A stretch of 64,000 nucleotides of DNA, from contig CAXXQS010000001.1 of NCBI GenBank assembly GCA_963674735.2, forward strand, positions 1,312,001 to 1,376,000, written 5' to 3'. Each line of letters opens with the position of its first letter. Position 1 is the stretch's first letter. The position numbers and the translations under genes were made by a program. Below are positions 1 through 10,506 of the stretch, one piece after another. The stretch comes from Myxococcota bacterium. Lineage in GTDB: Bacteria > Myxococcota_A > SURF-8. The notes beneath the pieces were generated by a model that did no database searches, had not been told where the DNA came from, and saw only the letters and a program-made list of their open reading frames with translations.

Positions 1-2
1 AA

Positions 3-3000
3 TTGCCGGTAACGCTGCAAAGTATCGGTTGGTTCGAACCCCCGGCAGTCTTTTCGCTGGGAGTCGATGACGTCTTGGTTGATGTCGTATTGGCTCCGGG
101 TGAACGCCACGAGCTGCACATTACCTTTGCACCCACCCAGAGAGCGACTTACCAGAGTCGCATCCATTTCACCACCGACGACGCAGTGATGCAGGCGGGT
201 GATGTAATCGTAACCGGCGTCGGAATCGCCCCGGTCATTCAAGTCGAGGAAATCGGAAATCCCGACTACAACGGTCTACTTGATTTCGGCGAAGTCCGTT
301 TAGACCATCCTGCTACTCGAACTTTGAGATTGACGAATGTCGGCGATGCTGTCTTGGCCTTGGCGTCGGCGAATCTCACAGTGAACACCGATGACCAGGA
401 ATTCTCGATCGATTATTTGCATGATATCCTTCTCGCGCCGAATCAGAATGTTTCTTTAGGGGTCGGCTATGCGCCGGTAGGATTGCCGGGACAGGATCAA
501 GGACAGCTCAAGCTGTTTTCCGACGATCCTTTTACACCTGAAAAAGTAATCGGATTAAGCGGACTTGCAACCGACCAGCGTCTCATCATTTCGCCTATGC
601 CCGCTTTGGAATTTCGCGACACGCATTTTGCTGCCCATAGTACCGAAACGGTGCGCCTTTTTAACGGTGGCTATATCGGTGTGCTGCTTGTGACGGATCT
701 TTTAATAACTGAGGGGGACACTGTTTTTCGGCTCGAACCGTTGGCGCAGCAGTTGCCTTTCGAGCTCTACCCCGAAAGCCAGAATTCGCTGGCGGTAGAG
801 GTGACGTTTGTGCCGATTGCGACCGGAACACGTGAACCGCCACCGGAGGATTTCTCCGGGATGCTGCGCATTTCCGCGAATTCGTATCTTGGTGATTATA
901 CGGATTATCCGCTTTTAGGTAGCGGGATTCCCTGCCCGGACGGTTATTGGGATCTGGATGACAACCCGGAGGACTGTGAATACCGCTGTGACCTGACCAA
1001 TGGCGGAGTCGAGATGTGCGACAACAAGGATAACGACTGCAACAATATCATCGATGATGGCGACAATGTTACTTACAACTGCAACCCACCCGACAACGCC
1101 ACGGCGATCTGTCCGCATGGAGCCTGTGATTTCGTCTGTAACGAAAGCTATCATCGTTGCGGCGACCTCTGCTATGCAGACGACGATCCCGAGCATTGCG
1201 GACAAGGCTGTATCGAATGCCAAAATGACAGTTTCGACTGCACCTATGTGGTTTGCGAAGAGGGTCTTTGCGGACAGGCTATCGGAGAGGATTACTGCCT
1301 GATCGATTTTGCCTGTTACGATTATCGCGGTGAAAATCCCGAAAACGAGTGTCAGATTTGTTTGCCGTTCTACAATCAAACAAACTGGAGCAACAAGGAG
1401 AACGACGCGACTTGCGACGATGATTTGTTCTGCACCATCGACGACAGTTGTCAGGAAGGCGCTTGCACCGGTGGTGGCGAGCGCGATTGCTCGGAAGCGA
1501 TAACGCAGGCGGAGTGTCAGAGTCCGGTATGCAACGAAGAAGAAGATGCTTGCGAGACGACGGCCGCCAATGAGGGGGCGGATTGCATGTTGGGTGAGGC
1601 GGGCGACGGTTGGCACGAAACCGGCGACGCCGGTCCGGGCTGCCGGGAGATGGACGATTCGGTAGCCGAGCGCCGCGATTATGCCTGTGCGGAAGGGACC
1701 TGCGAATTCTCCGTGCTCGAAACCTTGAACTGCAACAGCCAGGACGGCTATTACGGCGGTGGAAATGATGCCGGATGCGGATTAGATCCGGAAAGTCTGC
1801 AGCGGGATTATTATGCCAACGCGCATGGCGAATGCGTCTATACCACCGAGCAGTGCGAGGTGAAAACCTGTGATGAAATCGACATCTGCGAGGATGTCTG
1901 TTATGGATCTACAATCCATCACTTCAAAGACGGATATGTGGTCGAAGACTCGGCCGATTGCATAGAAATATGGGGCTCCATCGTACAGGATTGCGCGATG
2001 AAGGATTCGATCGACAGCGACGAATCGGAGTATGACTATATCACGCCTGGAACGGTGACCGACTACATCGGTTGTGCGGGGGGCGACTGCACCACCCAGC
2101 AATATCTCGATACCTGTCAGCCCGGTACGACGATCATCAACGAGTACGGTGCAAACGGTGTAGGCGTCAGCGGTCCGAACAGCTATGATTGTCAGAGTTT
2201 CGAATCCGTTTTCTGCGTTGCAGATCGCTATCGCTATCGCAGTGAATGGACCTGCTCCGGTAGTCCGGGCTATTGCCACGATAGCGGGGTGGATACCCTG
2301 GAGACCGATTGCGGTTTCGATGCCTGCGAAGGAACCTGCGGGAGCATGCGTAACGGTTGCAATTATCACGAACGTGGTTGCGATGATGGAAGTTGCCTGG
2401 ATGACGTGCATGGGGCCGACGACGCACAGAACTACTGCGAAATCTGCGGCTTGTCCTGGGCGATCGGAGGGGCGGTATCGGTAGACGATTGCTGTGGTGA
2501 TGATGAACATGAATTCGCAATCAATTGCAACGACAGCAGCAACAATGGATCATGCGGGACCGATCTCAAGGGTTGTTGTTCCGCAGCGAGTGATTGCCTG
2601 GACCACGAGGGCCAATGTGCCGATGGCGGTCTGTGCCACGTCTTCGGTGATGGCGGCCTGAAATCCTATTGCGATGCGGGTGTGTGGGGCGATCCCGACG
2701 AAGACTCCGTTTATTGTGCCGCCGACGGCTGTGGCTTCGATTGGATGGACAATCCGGCTGGGACCAACAACCGCTGTTGCGGCGACGATCCCGGCGAAGA
2801 TATCGAGCAGGTGCAAGGGGCTGACCGCATCTGTTGCTATAACGGAACGGGCCTCGACAGCGGGACTTCGGAAGGATCGATTCTGTGTCTCGATGGTTGG
2901 CTGTATGATTGCAACGGTGCAGCCGACGATCATAGCGGCTTGGCGATGGACAAACAAACCTGTGATGCCGTGGGAGATTGGTACTGCGGATCGTCCGATA

Positions 3001-6000
3001 CCTGGTCTCCGACACGTGAAAACAATTGCGCCTGCGAAGACGACCTCGAATGCGGTTCGGGTTATTGCAAGCCGGATTACGACGGGGTGGGTGATTGGTG
3101 TGCCGACGTGGATCAATGCGTCCATAACGGGCGGGCCTATGTTGAAGATGAGTACTCGGTGGACTGTTACAACAGCGGAGGACGGGCGGTTTGCCGCTCC
3201 GGCAATTGGCTTGAAGAGAGTTGTGGAACGGATACGACCTGTGCCGACCATGCCTGTTCGGACGGAACTTGCGGCGTGACACTTCCCGGACCCGAAACGC
3301 TGTGCAATGCCGCCTTTGCCTGCGTAGCCGGTGAGGGCGATGGGTTGTACGGAGTCCCCGGCGAGGCGCGTTGCCAGGGCTATTGCGATGCGGCGGGCCA
3401 CTGTGACTATGCGGGGAACTGCCAGGACTGCACCACACAGGATGGCTGGTACAATACCGGTGATAGCGGTCCCGGATGCAGCGATATGCAGGATCTTGAC
3501 GGTGAGCGCCGCGACTACTACTGTGCCGACATCGGATGTCAGTACACGGTTACGGCAACCATGTCTTGCAACGATCAGGATGGCTATTACGGAGGTGGAA
3601 ACACGCCCGGTTGTGGGATTGATGCGGTCAGTCAACGGCGCGATTACTACGTGACCGAAAACGGAACCTGTGCGTATACGACTACGAATTGCGAAACCGT
3701 CAGTTGTGACGGACAAGATGTGTGCGCGTCCGTGTGTGACGGAACGTCGGTGGTGGAATCGCGCGACTACTACGTGACCGAAAACGGAACCGACTGCCTG
3801 TCGGTGGATGGCGCACTCGATCAGGATTGTTTGGAATTACTATCAGACGATACGGATGGCTCGTCAACCGCCTATACCGATCCCGGCATCGTAACCGATT
3901 ACGACGATTGCAGCGGGGGAGCCTGCGTCGCCAGTAGCTATCGAGACGCCTGCTTGACGGATACGGTGTTGTTGGAATATGCCGCGGACGGTACCGGTTT
4001 TGCCGGACCCTTCAACTACGATTGTCAGACACTCGAAACGCTTTTCTGCGATGGCGATCGCTATCTCAAACGCAACGAATGGAACTGCTCGGGCAATCCG
4101 GGGCGTTGCGGCGATAGCGGCTTTGATTCGCTGGAAACTGATTGCGGGGTCGATACTTGTCTGGGAAGCTGCGGGAACGGAATCAACGGCTGCGGTTACC
4201 ATCTGCGCGGATGCGCTGCCGATGCCTGCTTCGACACGGTTCTGGACGTGGATAGCGCACAGAACGTCTGCGAAGGATGCGGGCTGGATTGGTCGATAGG
4301 AGGCGATGTGGCGGCTGCGACATGCTGCGGCGATGACTCGGGTGAGCACGCACGTGGGTGTTTCTCCAGCTCGAATAACGGAAGTTGTGGAGCGGATGCA
4401 GAGGCCTGCTGCGGGACATCCGACGATTGCGTCGATCATGACGGTTTGTGTACCGATTCGCTTAGCTGTCATTTGTTTGGAAGTGGTGGCAAGCTTTCGT
4501 ACTGTGAGGACGGAATCTGGCAGGATCCGGACGAAAATGAAGACTATTGCACGGCTTCCGGTTGTTCGTTCGTGTGGATGTCCGGACAGATCGACATCAA
4601 CAAATGTTGCGGCGATGATCCCGGCGAAGATTTCGAGCAGCAGGAAGCGGCCGATAGAAGCTGCTGCTACAATAGCGCCGAACTGGCAAGCAATGCCTCA
4701 CAAAGCTCCCTGATTTGTTTCGATGGTTTGCTTTACGATTGCAACGGCGCGGCGGACGACGACAGCGGGTTGTCGGCGCACGTGGCGGTTTGCGACAACG
4801 TGGGGGACTTCTACTGCTCCAACAGCGATGACTGGTTGGATGGCCTGGACAACGGCTGTCCATGCGTTGATGATGAAGACTGCGTCTCGGGCTTCTGCAA
4901 GTCCAACCCCGAGGGAACCGCCAGTTGGTGCGCAAGCGAAACCCAGTGTGTCTACCTCGGCGGATTCTACGACGATGGCGAATATTCGCCCGATTGCTTT
5001 GATTCGGGGAGCCGTGCCCGCTGCAATAACGGCACCTGGGTAGAGGAAAGTTGCGGAGATGACAGCGCCTGCACCGATTACTATTGTTCGGGTGGTGCAT
5101 GCGGAGCCACGCACTTTAGTTCGACGGTTCAGTGCAACAGCGATTGGGCCTGTTCGAGCGGGTCGGGTGACAACGCCTATGGAGCCACCGGCGGGTATCT
5201 GTGTCGCGGCTATTGCGATGGAGCAGGCAACTGCGATTACGCGTCGGATTGCAGCGATTGCAACATTCAGGACGGCTGGCACAATACCGGCGACAGCGGC
5301 CCCGGCTGCGGTTCCTTGGATGATCCCATGGGAGAGTTGCGCGATTACTATTGTTCGTCGGGCGCCTGCGGGTATGGGGTGACCGATACGCTCGACTGCG
5401 ATGATCTCGATGGTTATTACGGTGGGGGTGATACCGCCGGATGCGGCGACGACCCCTCCGCGACTCAACGGGATTACTATGTGTCGAGTGGCGGCAGCTG
5501 CGTGTACACCACTCAGAGCTGTGCAACCCTCGATTGCGACGGCCAGGATGCCTGCTCGGGGTCGTGCAACGGCAGTATTGTCGCGTCTTACCAGGATTTC
5601 TATGTCGCCTATAACTCCGATACCTGTGCCTATTCACTGGGTGGGGACGGCGAAGATTGCGCGACGAAAGCCTCGATTGACAGCGACGGCGCGGCCAATG
5701 CCTTTACCATCGGTGGCAGCGTGACCGATTATGTCGGGTGTGCTGGCGGGGCCTGTACGTCGCAGAGTTTCGCCGATGTTTGCGAATCCGCCACGACATT
5801 GCGGGAATATGGTGCCAGCGGCAGTGGCACGAGTAGTCAGGTCGCTGATTGTGAAAACAACGAAACCACGTTCTGTCAGGATAACCGCTATCGTTACCGA
5901 AACGAATGGGAGTGCAAAGGTGCGCCCGCCTACTGCGGCGATAGCGGCTACGATACCCTCGTGCAGGATTGCGGCACGGGTACCTGCCTGGGAGTCTGCG

Positions 6001-7634
6001 GCAGTGGCCCCGATGGCTGCACGTATCATGAGCGTGGCTGTTCGGGGACGGATTGCTACGACCTGATTCGACCCGGCGATGACGGACAATCCTACTGCAC
6101 CGGTTGCGGATTGTCGTGGAATCTCGGGGGCGAAGTGGCCGCATCCACTTGTTGCGGCGATGATGCGGGCGAGAATAGTCGCACCTGCTCCGATGATTCG
6201 GCCAATGGTGATTGCGGTGTCGACATGCTGGCCTGCTGCGGAGCCGCCAGCGATTGTGTGGATCACAACGGAGCCTGCGCCGACTCGGGAAGTTGCCACG
6301 GCTTTGGCTCGGCTGCGCTCAAGTCCTATTGCTCGAACGGAACCTGGCAGGATCCCGACGAATCCAGCACCTATTGCGCGGCGACCGGCTGCGGGTATGC
6401 GTGGCTGGCCAACGTCGGCAGCGGCAACCGCTGTTGCGGGGATGATGGCGCGGAAGATATCGAGCAGACGGCCGGAACGGCCCGGAGTTGCTGCTACAAC
6501 GGTCTCCAATTGGCCAGCGGTGCGACGAGCGGATCGGTGCAGTGTTACAACGGTCAGCTCTACGACTGCAACGGAGCGGCGAACGACGACAGCGACTTGT
6601 CCACCCATTCCAGCACCTGCGGAAAGGTGGGGAGCCTCTACTGCACCAGCGCCAACACCTGGGCATCCAAGCTCGAAAACGGGTGCGGTTGCCTCACGGG
6701 GAGCAATTGCCAGAGCAGCTATTGCAAGAACGACTATGACGGAAGCGGGGCCTGGTGCGCCAACAGTTCTCAGTGCGCACACAATGCCGCCATTTACAGT
6801 AGCGGACAAAAAGCTCCCGATTGCGTGAATGCCGGTGCGGAACGTCTGTGCGCCAACGGAAGCTGGTCGTCCCAGTCCTGCGGCAGCGATACCACCTGTT
6901 CCGATTACGCCTGCTCGTCGGGCTCTTGCGGTGTCACCCATTACAACAACAGCACGCAATGCGATACCACCTATCGCTGTTCGAGCGGGACCGGAAACAA
7001 CCATTACGCAGTGGGGGGCGACTACTTGTGCCGGGGTTATTGCGATGGCGCGGGCGCGTGCGATTATGCCGACAGTTGCGATAACTGCGGCGACAATTTC
7101 TCACACGCGAGTGGAACCTGCTCGTCCAACAGTTGCACCATGGGAAGCTGCTTGACCGGCTATGCCGATTGCGCCGGGGGTACGGCGGATGGCTGTGAAG
7201 TCAACCTGAATGACGGCGGCGGCAATTGCTCGGATGGCGCCAGTTTGGGTAACCTGTGCGGCGATAAGTACAAGGGCTTCCTCTGTCCCTCATCTTGCGA
7301 ACATAAATCGGAGCAGGACCGTAGCGGTTATGGTGAACGCTGGTTCAAAATCTATATCGAGGAATGCTCGATCTGCATTTCAGATGTCAAAATACGGGTG
7401 CGGCTGCAATCTCCGGCCGGGATGGATTACGATCTCCACCTCTACGAACCTTGCGGGACGGAACGCGCATCCTCGACCAACGGGGCCGGGCAGTTGGACG
7501 AAGTCAGCAAAACCGAGAGCGAAAGCTATTTCGGTGGTGAAGATGGTAAATGGTATTGGATCGAAGTTCGCTACATCAGCGGTAGTTCCTGCGATAACTG
7601 GACCTTGCAGGTGCATGGCGGCAACTGCGGCTGA
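3..7634 (+). CDS. Giant Cys-rich surface/secreted protein, 5'-truncated at the window edge: N-terminal ASH/choice-of-anchor D Ig-like domains, MopE-like metal-binding motif, three ~610-aa Cys-rich repeats, C-terminal PPC-like domain
   Basis: 2543-aa ORF open from the window start. LDFGEV..TLRLTNVGDAVL and FSDDPFTP are Ig-like ASH signatures; EMCDNKDNDCNNIIDDG motif; repeats begin DGW(H/Y)xTGDxGPGC; C-terminal DYDLHLY...YWIEVRY. Confidence 0.85.
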   Translation: MPVTLQSIGWFEPPAVFSLGVDDVLVDVVLAPGERHELHITFAPTQRATYQSRIHFTTDDAVMQAGDVIVTGVGIAPVIQVEEIGNPDYNGLLDFGEVRLDHPATRTLRLTNVGDAVLALASANLTVNTDDQEFSIDYLHDILLAPNQNVSLGVGYAPVGLPGQDQGQLKLFSDDPFTPEKVIGLSGLATDQRLIISPMPALEFRDTHFAAHSTETVRLFNGGYIGVLLVTDLLITEGDTVFRLEPLAQQLPFELYPESQNSLAVEVTFVPIATGTREPPPEDFSGMLRISANSYLGDYTDYPLLGSGIPCPDGYWDLDDNPEDCEYRCDLTNGGVEMCDNKDNDCNNIIDDGDNVTYNCNPPDNATAICPHGACDFVCNESYHRCGDLCYADDDPEHCGQGCIECQNDSFDCTYVVCEEGLCGQAIGEDYCLIDFACYDYRGENPENECQICLPFYNQTNWSNKENDATCDDDLFCTIDDSCQEGACTGGGERDCSEAITQAECQSPVCNEEEDACETTAANEGADCMLGEAGDGWHETGDAGPGCREMDDSVAERRDYACAEGTCEFSVLETLNCNSQDGYYGGGNDAGCGLDPESLQRDYYANAHGECVYTTEQCEVKTCDEIDICEDVCYGSTIHHFKDGYVVEDSADCIEIWGSIVQDCAMKDSIDSDESEYDYITPGTVTDYIGCAGGDCTTQQYLDTCQPGTTIINEYGANGVGVSGPNSYDCQSFESVFCVADRYRYRSEWTCSGSPGYCHDSGVDTLETDCGFDACEGTCGSMRNGCNYHERGCDDGSCLDDVHGADDAQNYCEICGLSWAIGGAVSVDDCCGDDEHEFAINCNDSSNNGSCGTDLKGCCSAASDCLDHEGQCADGGLCHVFGDGGLKSYCDAGVWGDPDEDSVYCAADGCGFDWMDNPAGTNNRCCGDDPGEDIEQVQGADRICCYNGTGLDSGTSEGSILCLDGWLYDCNGAADDHSGLAMDKQTCDAVGDWYCGSSDTWSPTRENNCACEDDLECGSGYCKPDYDGVGDWCADVDQCVHNGRAYVEDEYSVDCYNSGGRAVCRSGNWLEESCGTDTTCADHACSDGTCGVTLPGPETLCNAAFACVAGEGDGLYGVPGEARCQGYCDAAGHCDYAGNCQDCTTQDGWYNTGDSGPGCSDMQDLDGERRDYYCADIGCQYTVTATMSCNDQDGYYGGGNTPGCGIDAVSQRRDYYVTENGTCAYTTTNCETVSCDGQDVCASVCDGTSVVESRDYYVTENGTDCLSVDGALDQDCLELLSDDTDGSSTAYTDPGIVTDYDDCSGGACVASSYRDACLTDTVLLEYAADGTGFAGPFNYDCQTLETLFCDGDRYLKRNEWNCSGNPGRCGDSGFDSLETDCGVDTCLGSCGNGINGCGYHLRGCAADACFDTVLDVDSAQNVCEGCGLDWSIGGDVAAATCCGDDSGEHARGCFSSSNNGSCGADAEACCGTSDDCVDHDGLCTDSLSCHLFGSGGKLSYCEDGIWQDPDENEDYCTASGCSFVWMSGQIDINKCCGDDPGEDFEQQEAADRSCCYNSAELASNASQSSLICFDGLLYDCNGAADDDSGLSAHVAVCDNVGDFYCSNSDDWLDGLDNGCPCVDDEDCVSGFCKSNPEGTASWCASETQCVYLGGFYDDGEYSPDCFDSGSRARCNNGTWVEESCGDDSACTDYYCSGGACGATHFSSTVQCNSDWACSSGSGDNAYGATGGYLCRGYCDGAGNCDYASDCSDCNIQDGWHNTGDSGPGCGSLDDPMGELRDYYCSSGACGYGVTDTLDCDDLDGYYGGGDTAGCGDDPSATQRDYYVSSGGSCVYTTQSCATLDCDGQDACSGSCNGSIVASYQDFYVAYNSDTCAYSLGGDGEDCATKASIDSDGAANAFTIGGSVTDYVGCAGGACTSQSFADVCESATTLREYGASGSGTSSQVADCENNETTFCQDNRYRYRNEWECKGAPAYCGDSGYDTLVQDCGTGTCLGVCGSGPDGCTYHERGCSGTDCYDLIRPGDDGQSYCTGCGLSWNLGGEVAASTCCGDDAGENSRTCSDDSANGDCGVDMLACCGAASDCVDHNGACADSGSCHGFGSAALKSYCSNGTWQDPDESSTYCAATGCGYAWLANVGSGNRCCGDDGAEDIEQTAGTARSCCYNGLQLASGATSGSVQCYNGQLYDCNGAANDDSDLSTHSSTCGKVGSLYCTSANTWASKLENGCGCLTGSNCQSSYCKNDYDGSGAWCANSSQCAHNAAIYSSGQKAPDCVNAGAERLCANGSWSSQSCGSDTTCSDYACSSGSCGVTHYNNSTQCDTTYRCSSGTGNNHYAVGGDYLCRGYCDGAGACDYADSCDNCGDNFSHASGTCSSNSCTMGSCLTGYADCAGGTADGCEVNLNDGGGNCSDGASLGNLCGDKYKGFLCPSSCEHKSEQDRSGYGERWFKIYIEECSICISDVKIRVRLQSPAGMDYDLHLYEPCGTERASSTNGAGQLDEVSKTESESYFGGEDGKWYWIEVRYISGSSCDNWTLQVHGGNCG
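1605..7100 (+). repeat. Three tandem intragenic repeats of 610-612 aa
   Basis: Equivalent DGW codons start at 1605, 3441 and 5271 (spacings 1836 and 1830 nt); motifs such as GYYGGG, CCGDD and LYDCNGAA recur in register. Confidence 0.9.
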
Positions 7635-7660
7635 TCGGTTGTCAGAGTGATTCGAAAAGT

Positions 7661-7691
7661 ACGGCCCGGCGTTTGTGCGTCGGGTCGTTTT
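7661..7691 (+). terminator. Probable intrinsic terminator
   Basis: acggcccggcg-tttgtg-cgtcgggtcgt hairpin followed by ttt, 26 nt after the stop. Confidence 0.6.
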
Positions 7692-8007
7692 CGTCGGTAC
7701 GCCAGGAAATGGCGCAGGATTCCCTTTTGCAGTGGAAGTCGACGAAGTCTCCCTAAAATTGTATGCTGGCAGGTGTAACCATTGGGAAAGGCTTGCTGAT
7801 TCCCTCGGCGACAGGAAAGATAGTAGCCCTTGGTTGGAACAAGTCCATCAAGGACGAACTGCTGGCTTTTTTTCCCATCAAAAGGCAGAATGAGGTCGTT
7901 TCGCTACCGAAACACGGCAACTTAGAAGAAGCAGCAGGACCTTTCGTTAGAGTACGGAACTGGAAATGAAGATTAAACCATGCCTTCAACAGAACGGAAG
8001 TTGAAAA

Positions 8008-8847
8008 TTGTTTGAAAAACTTAAGCAGATCAATAGTCGTCCCAAACCCTTTGAATTTTACACCGCCCGCGATTTGTGGACAGACAAACACACGTCGAAG
8101 CAGATGATTCAAAACCATTTGAATGACAATGTCGAGCTGTCTTCGCGAAACTCCCGGTTTATCGATAAGTCGGTGGAGTGGATCGCGTCACGATTCTCCA
8201 TCGATTCGGAATCGACGGTAGTCGATTTCGGCTGTGGACCGGGACTCTATACCACGCGCCTGGCTCGCCTTGATTCCCGGGTGACGGGAATCGATTTCTC
8301 GAAACGTTCGATTCAGTATGCGCGAGAAAGCGCAGAAAACGAACGACTGTCCATCGACTATGTCAATCAGAACTATCTGGAGTACGCAACCAACGAACGT
8401 TTTCATCTTGCGATGATGATCTATTGTGACTTCTGCGCGCTTAGTCCCAAGCAGAGAGAGGAGATGCTCAACAGGTTTCACACGGTTTTAGAGCCGGGAG
8501 GACGGCTTCTCCTGGATGTTCATTCTTTAAAGGCCTTTGAAAAGCGTGAAGAATTGGCGACATATGAATTCAACCAACTCAACAGGTTCTGGTCACCCGA
8601 TGACTACTACGGCTTTCTCAATATTCTCAAATACGAAGACGACAAGGTTATGCTGGACAAGTACACAATCATTGAAGAATCACGCACTCGAACCGTTTAC
8701 AACTGGTTGCAGTACTTCAGCCCGGAAATGATCGAAGCTGAATTCTCCAGATGTGGGTTCACAATTGTTGAACTCTTTTCAGATGTTTGCGGTAATAGGC
8801 TCGATTCCAATTCTGAAGAACTTGCTATCGTTGCAAAAAAGAAGTGA
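8008..8847 (+). CDS. Class I SAM-dependent methyltransferase
   Basis: VVDFGCGPG motif I, GIDFS, LEPGGRLLLD; TTG start. Confidence 0.9.
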   Translation: MFEKLKQINSRPKPFEFYTARDLWTDKHTSKQMIQNHLNDNVELSSRNSRFIDKSVEWIASRFSIDSESTVVDFGCGPGLYTTRLARLDSRVTGIDFSKRSIQYARESAENERLSIDYVNQNYLEYATNERFHLAMMIYCDFCALSPKQREEMLNRFHTVLEPGGRLLLDVHSLKAFEKREELATYEFNQLNRFWSPDDYYGFLNILKYEDDKVMLDKYTIIEESRTRTVYNWLQYFSPEMIEAEFSRCGFTIVELFSDVCGNRLDSNSEELAIVAKKK

Positions 8848-9098
8848 GAGTGAAGCTCCGTTTTATCTCTTTGTTGCAAGAGGTAACAATCGGGCTCCGA
8901 AATCACTCATCCAAGTCAGCAGACGCATCTCGGACTGTCAACCCAATATTGAGTCAATTGTTACGGCAACAGGGTGTTACTGCTTGAATGTGGGTGAAAG
9001 ATCGCCGACCAGCGGCGCGGAGCTGACACACACAAGTCCAATGACAAGCGCCTATGCGTTGCGTGTTTACAAGCGCGGACGATCGGCGAGCGCGGTCT

Positions 9099-10466
9099 CT
9101 ACTTGGATAGGCACACCGTTTTGACGTTCATGAATTCACGGATGCCCTCGCGGGACAACTCGCGGCCATAACCCGAAAGCTTGACGCCACCAAAAGGAAG
9201 GTGGGGGTCGCTTTTGGTGAAACTGTTGATAAAGACCGCCCCGGTTTCCATGCGCCGAGCCAGATCGCGGGCACGGTCGAGGTCGGCGGTCCACAATGCG
9301 CCGCCCAGTCCGTAATCGGAGGAATTGGCGATGCGCAGGGCCGTTTCCGCGTTGCCCGCTACGATGACCGGCGCCACCGGGCCGAAGGTTTCCTGCATGG
9401 CGACGATGTTGTTCAGTTTGACATTCGATAGCAGGGTGATGGGGTAGAACGCGCCGCGCCCTTCCGTAATGAATCCGCCCAGTTCGAGACGCGCGCCCTG
9501 CTTGACCGATTCCGTCACCTGGGCGTGCAACTCCTCGCGCAGATCGAGCCGGGCCATCGGGCCGACTTGCGTGCTGCGGTCCATGGGATTCCCAACCTTG
9601 AATTCGGACAAATTCAGGCGAAAAGCGTCAAGGAAGCTATCCGCGACAGACTGTTCGACGATGAAACGTTTGGCGGCAATACAGCTCTGACCGTTGTTGA
9701 GCATGCGTGAAGACGCCGCGGCTTTGGCCGCGCGTGGAATATCGGCATCGGCCAGGACGATGAAGGGATCGCTGCCGCCCAGTTCGAGAACCGTCTTTTT
9801 CAGTGACGCACCGGCCGCCGCCGCCACCTTTCGACCCGCCGCCTCGCTGCCGGTGAGCGTGACGGCCCGAATCCGGCGGTCACGTATCACGGCGTCGGTG
9901 GATGCGGCCGAGATCAGCAGAGTGGTGAAGGCACCCCGTGGAAAGCCCGCTTCGAGGAAGACGCGTTCGATCGCCATCGCGCAGCCGGGGACGTTGGAGG
10001 CGTGTTTGAGCAAGCCGACATTACCCGCCATCAGGGCGGGAGCGGCAAAGCGAAAGACCTGCCAGAATGGGAAGTTCCACGGCATCACGGCCAAAATCGG
10101 TCCGATCGGGTCGTAACGCACATACGACTCATCCGCACCCGATTGTTCGGGGCGGGGGCTAAGAAAACGTTCGGCGTTTTCGGCGTAGTAATCACAAACC
10201 CAGGCGCATTTTTCGATTTCGGCTTCGGCCTCTACGATGGGTTTTCCCATCTCATTCGTAATCAAAGTCGCGAATTCGTTCTGCTTTTCGCGCAATATCC
10301 GAGCAGCCGCCTGAAGGCGTTTGCTGCGAAGGGGAAAGTCGCTTTCGCGCCACTGGTTGAAAAATTGCTCCGCGCCTTGCAATTTGGCATCGATCTGCTC
10401 GGGCGAAATTTCGTCATAATGCTCGATCAGCTCTCCGGTCGTAGGATTCAGGCTCTCGATTGCCAT
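9099..10466 (-). CDS. NAD(P)-dependent aldehyde dehydrogenase, succinate-semialdehyde dehydrogenase (Sad/GabD1-like) family
   Basis: VMPWNFP, LKHAS, TLTGS, LELGGSDP, catalytic GQSCIA, ETFGP, PFGGVKLSGYGRE. Confidence 0.92.
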   Translation of the reverse strand: MAIESLNPTTGELIEHYDEISPEQIDAKLQGAEQFFNQWRESDFPLRSKRLQAAARILREKQNEFATLITNEMGKPIVEAEAEIEKCAWVCDYYAENAERFLSPRPEQSGADESYVRYDPIGPILAVMPWNFPFWQVFRFAAPALMAGNVGLLKHASNVPGCAMAIERVFLEAGFPRGAFTTLLISAASTDAVIRDRRIRAVTLTGSEAAGRKVAAAAGASLKKTVLELGGSDPFIVLADADIPRAAKAAASSRMLNNGQSCIAAKRFIVEQSVADSFLDAFRLNLSEFKVGNPMDRSTQVGPMARLDLREELHAQVTESVKQGARLELGGFITEGRGAFYPITLLSNVKLNNIVAMQETFGPVAPVIVAGNAETALRIANSSDYGLGGALWTADLDRARDLARRMETGAVFINSFTKSDPHLPFGGVKLSGYGRELSREGIREFMNVKTVCLSK

Positions 10467-10506
10467 TGGAGATTCCTTTCAAGTTCAATACGGCTTCCAC
10501 CGTTTA

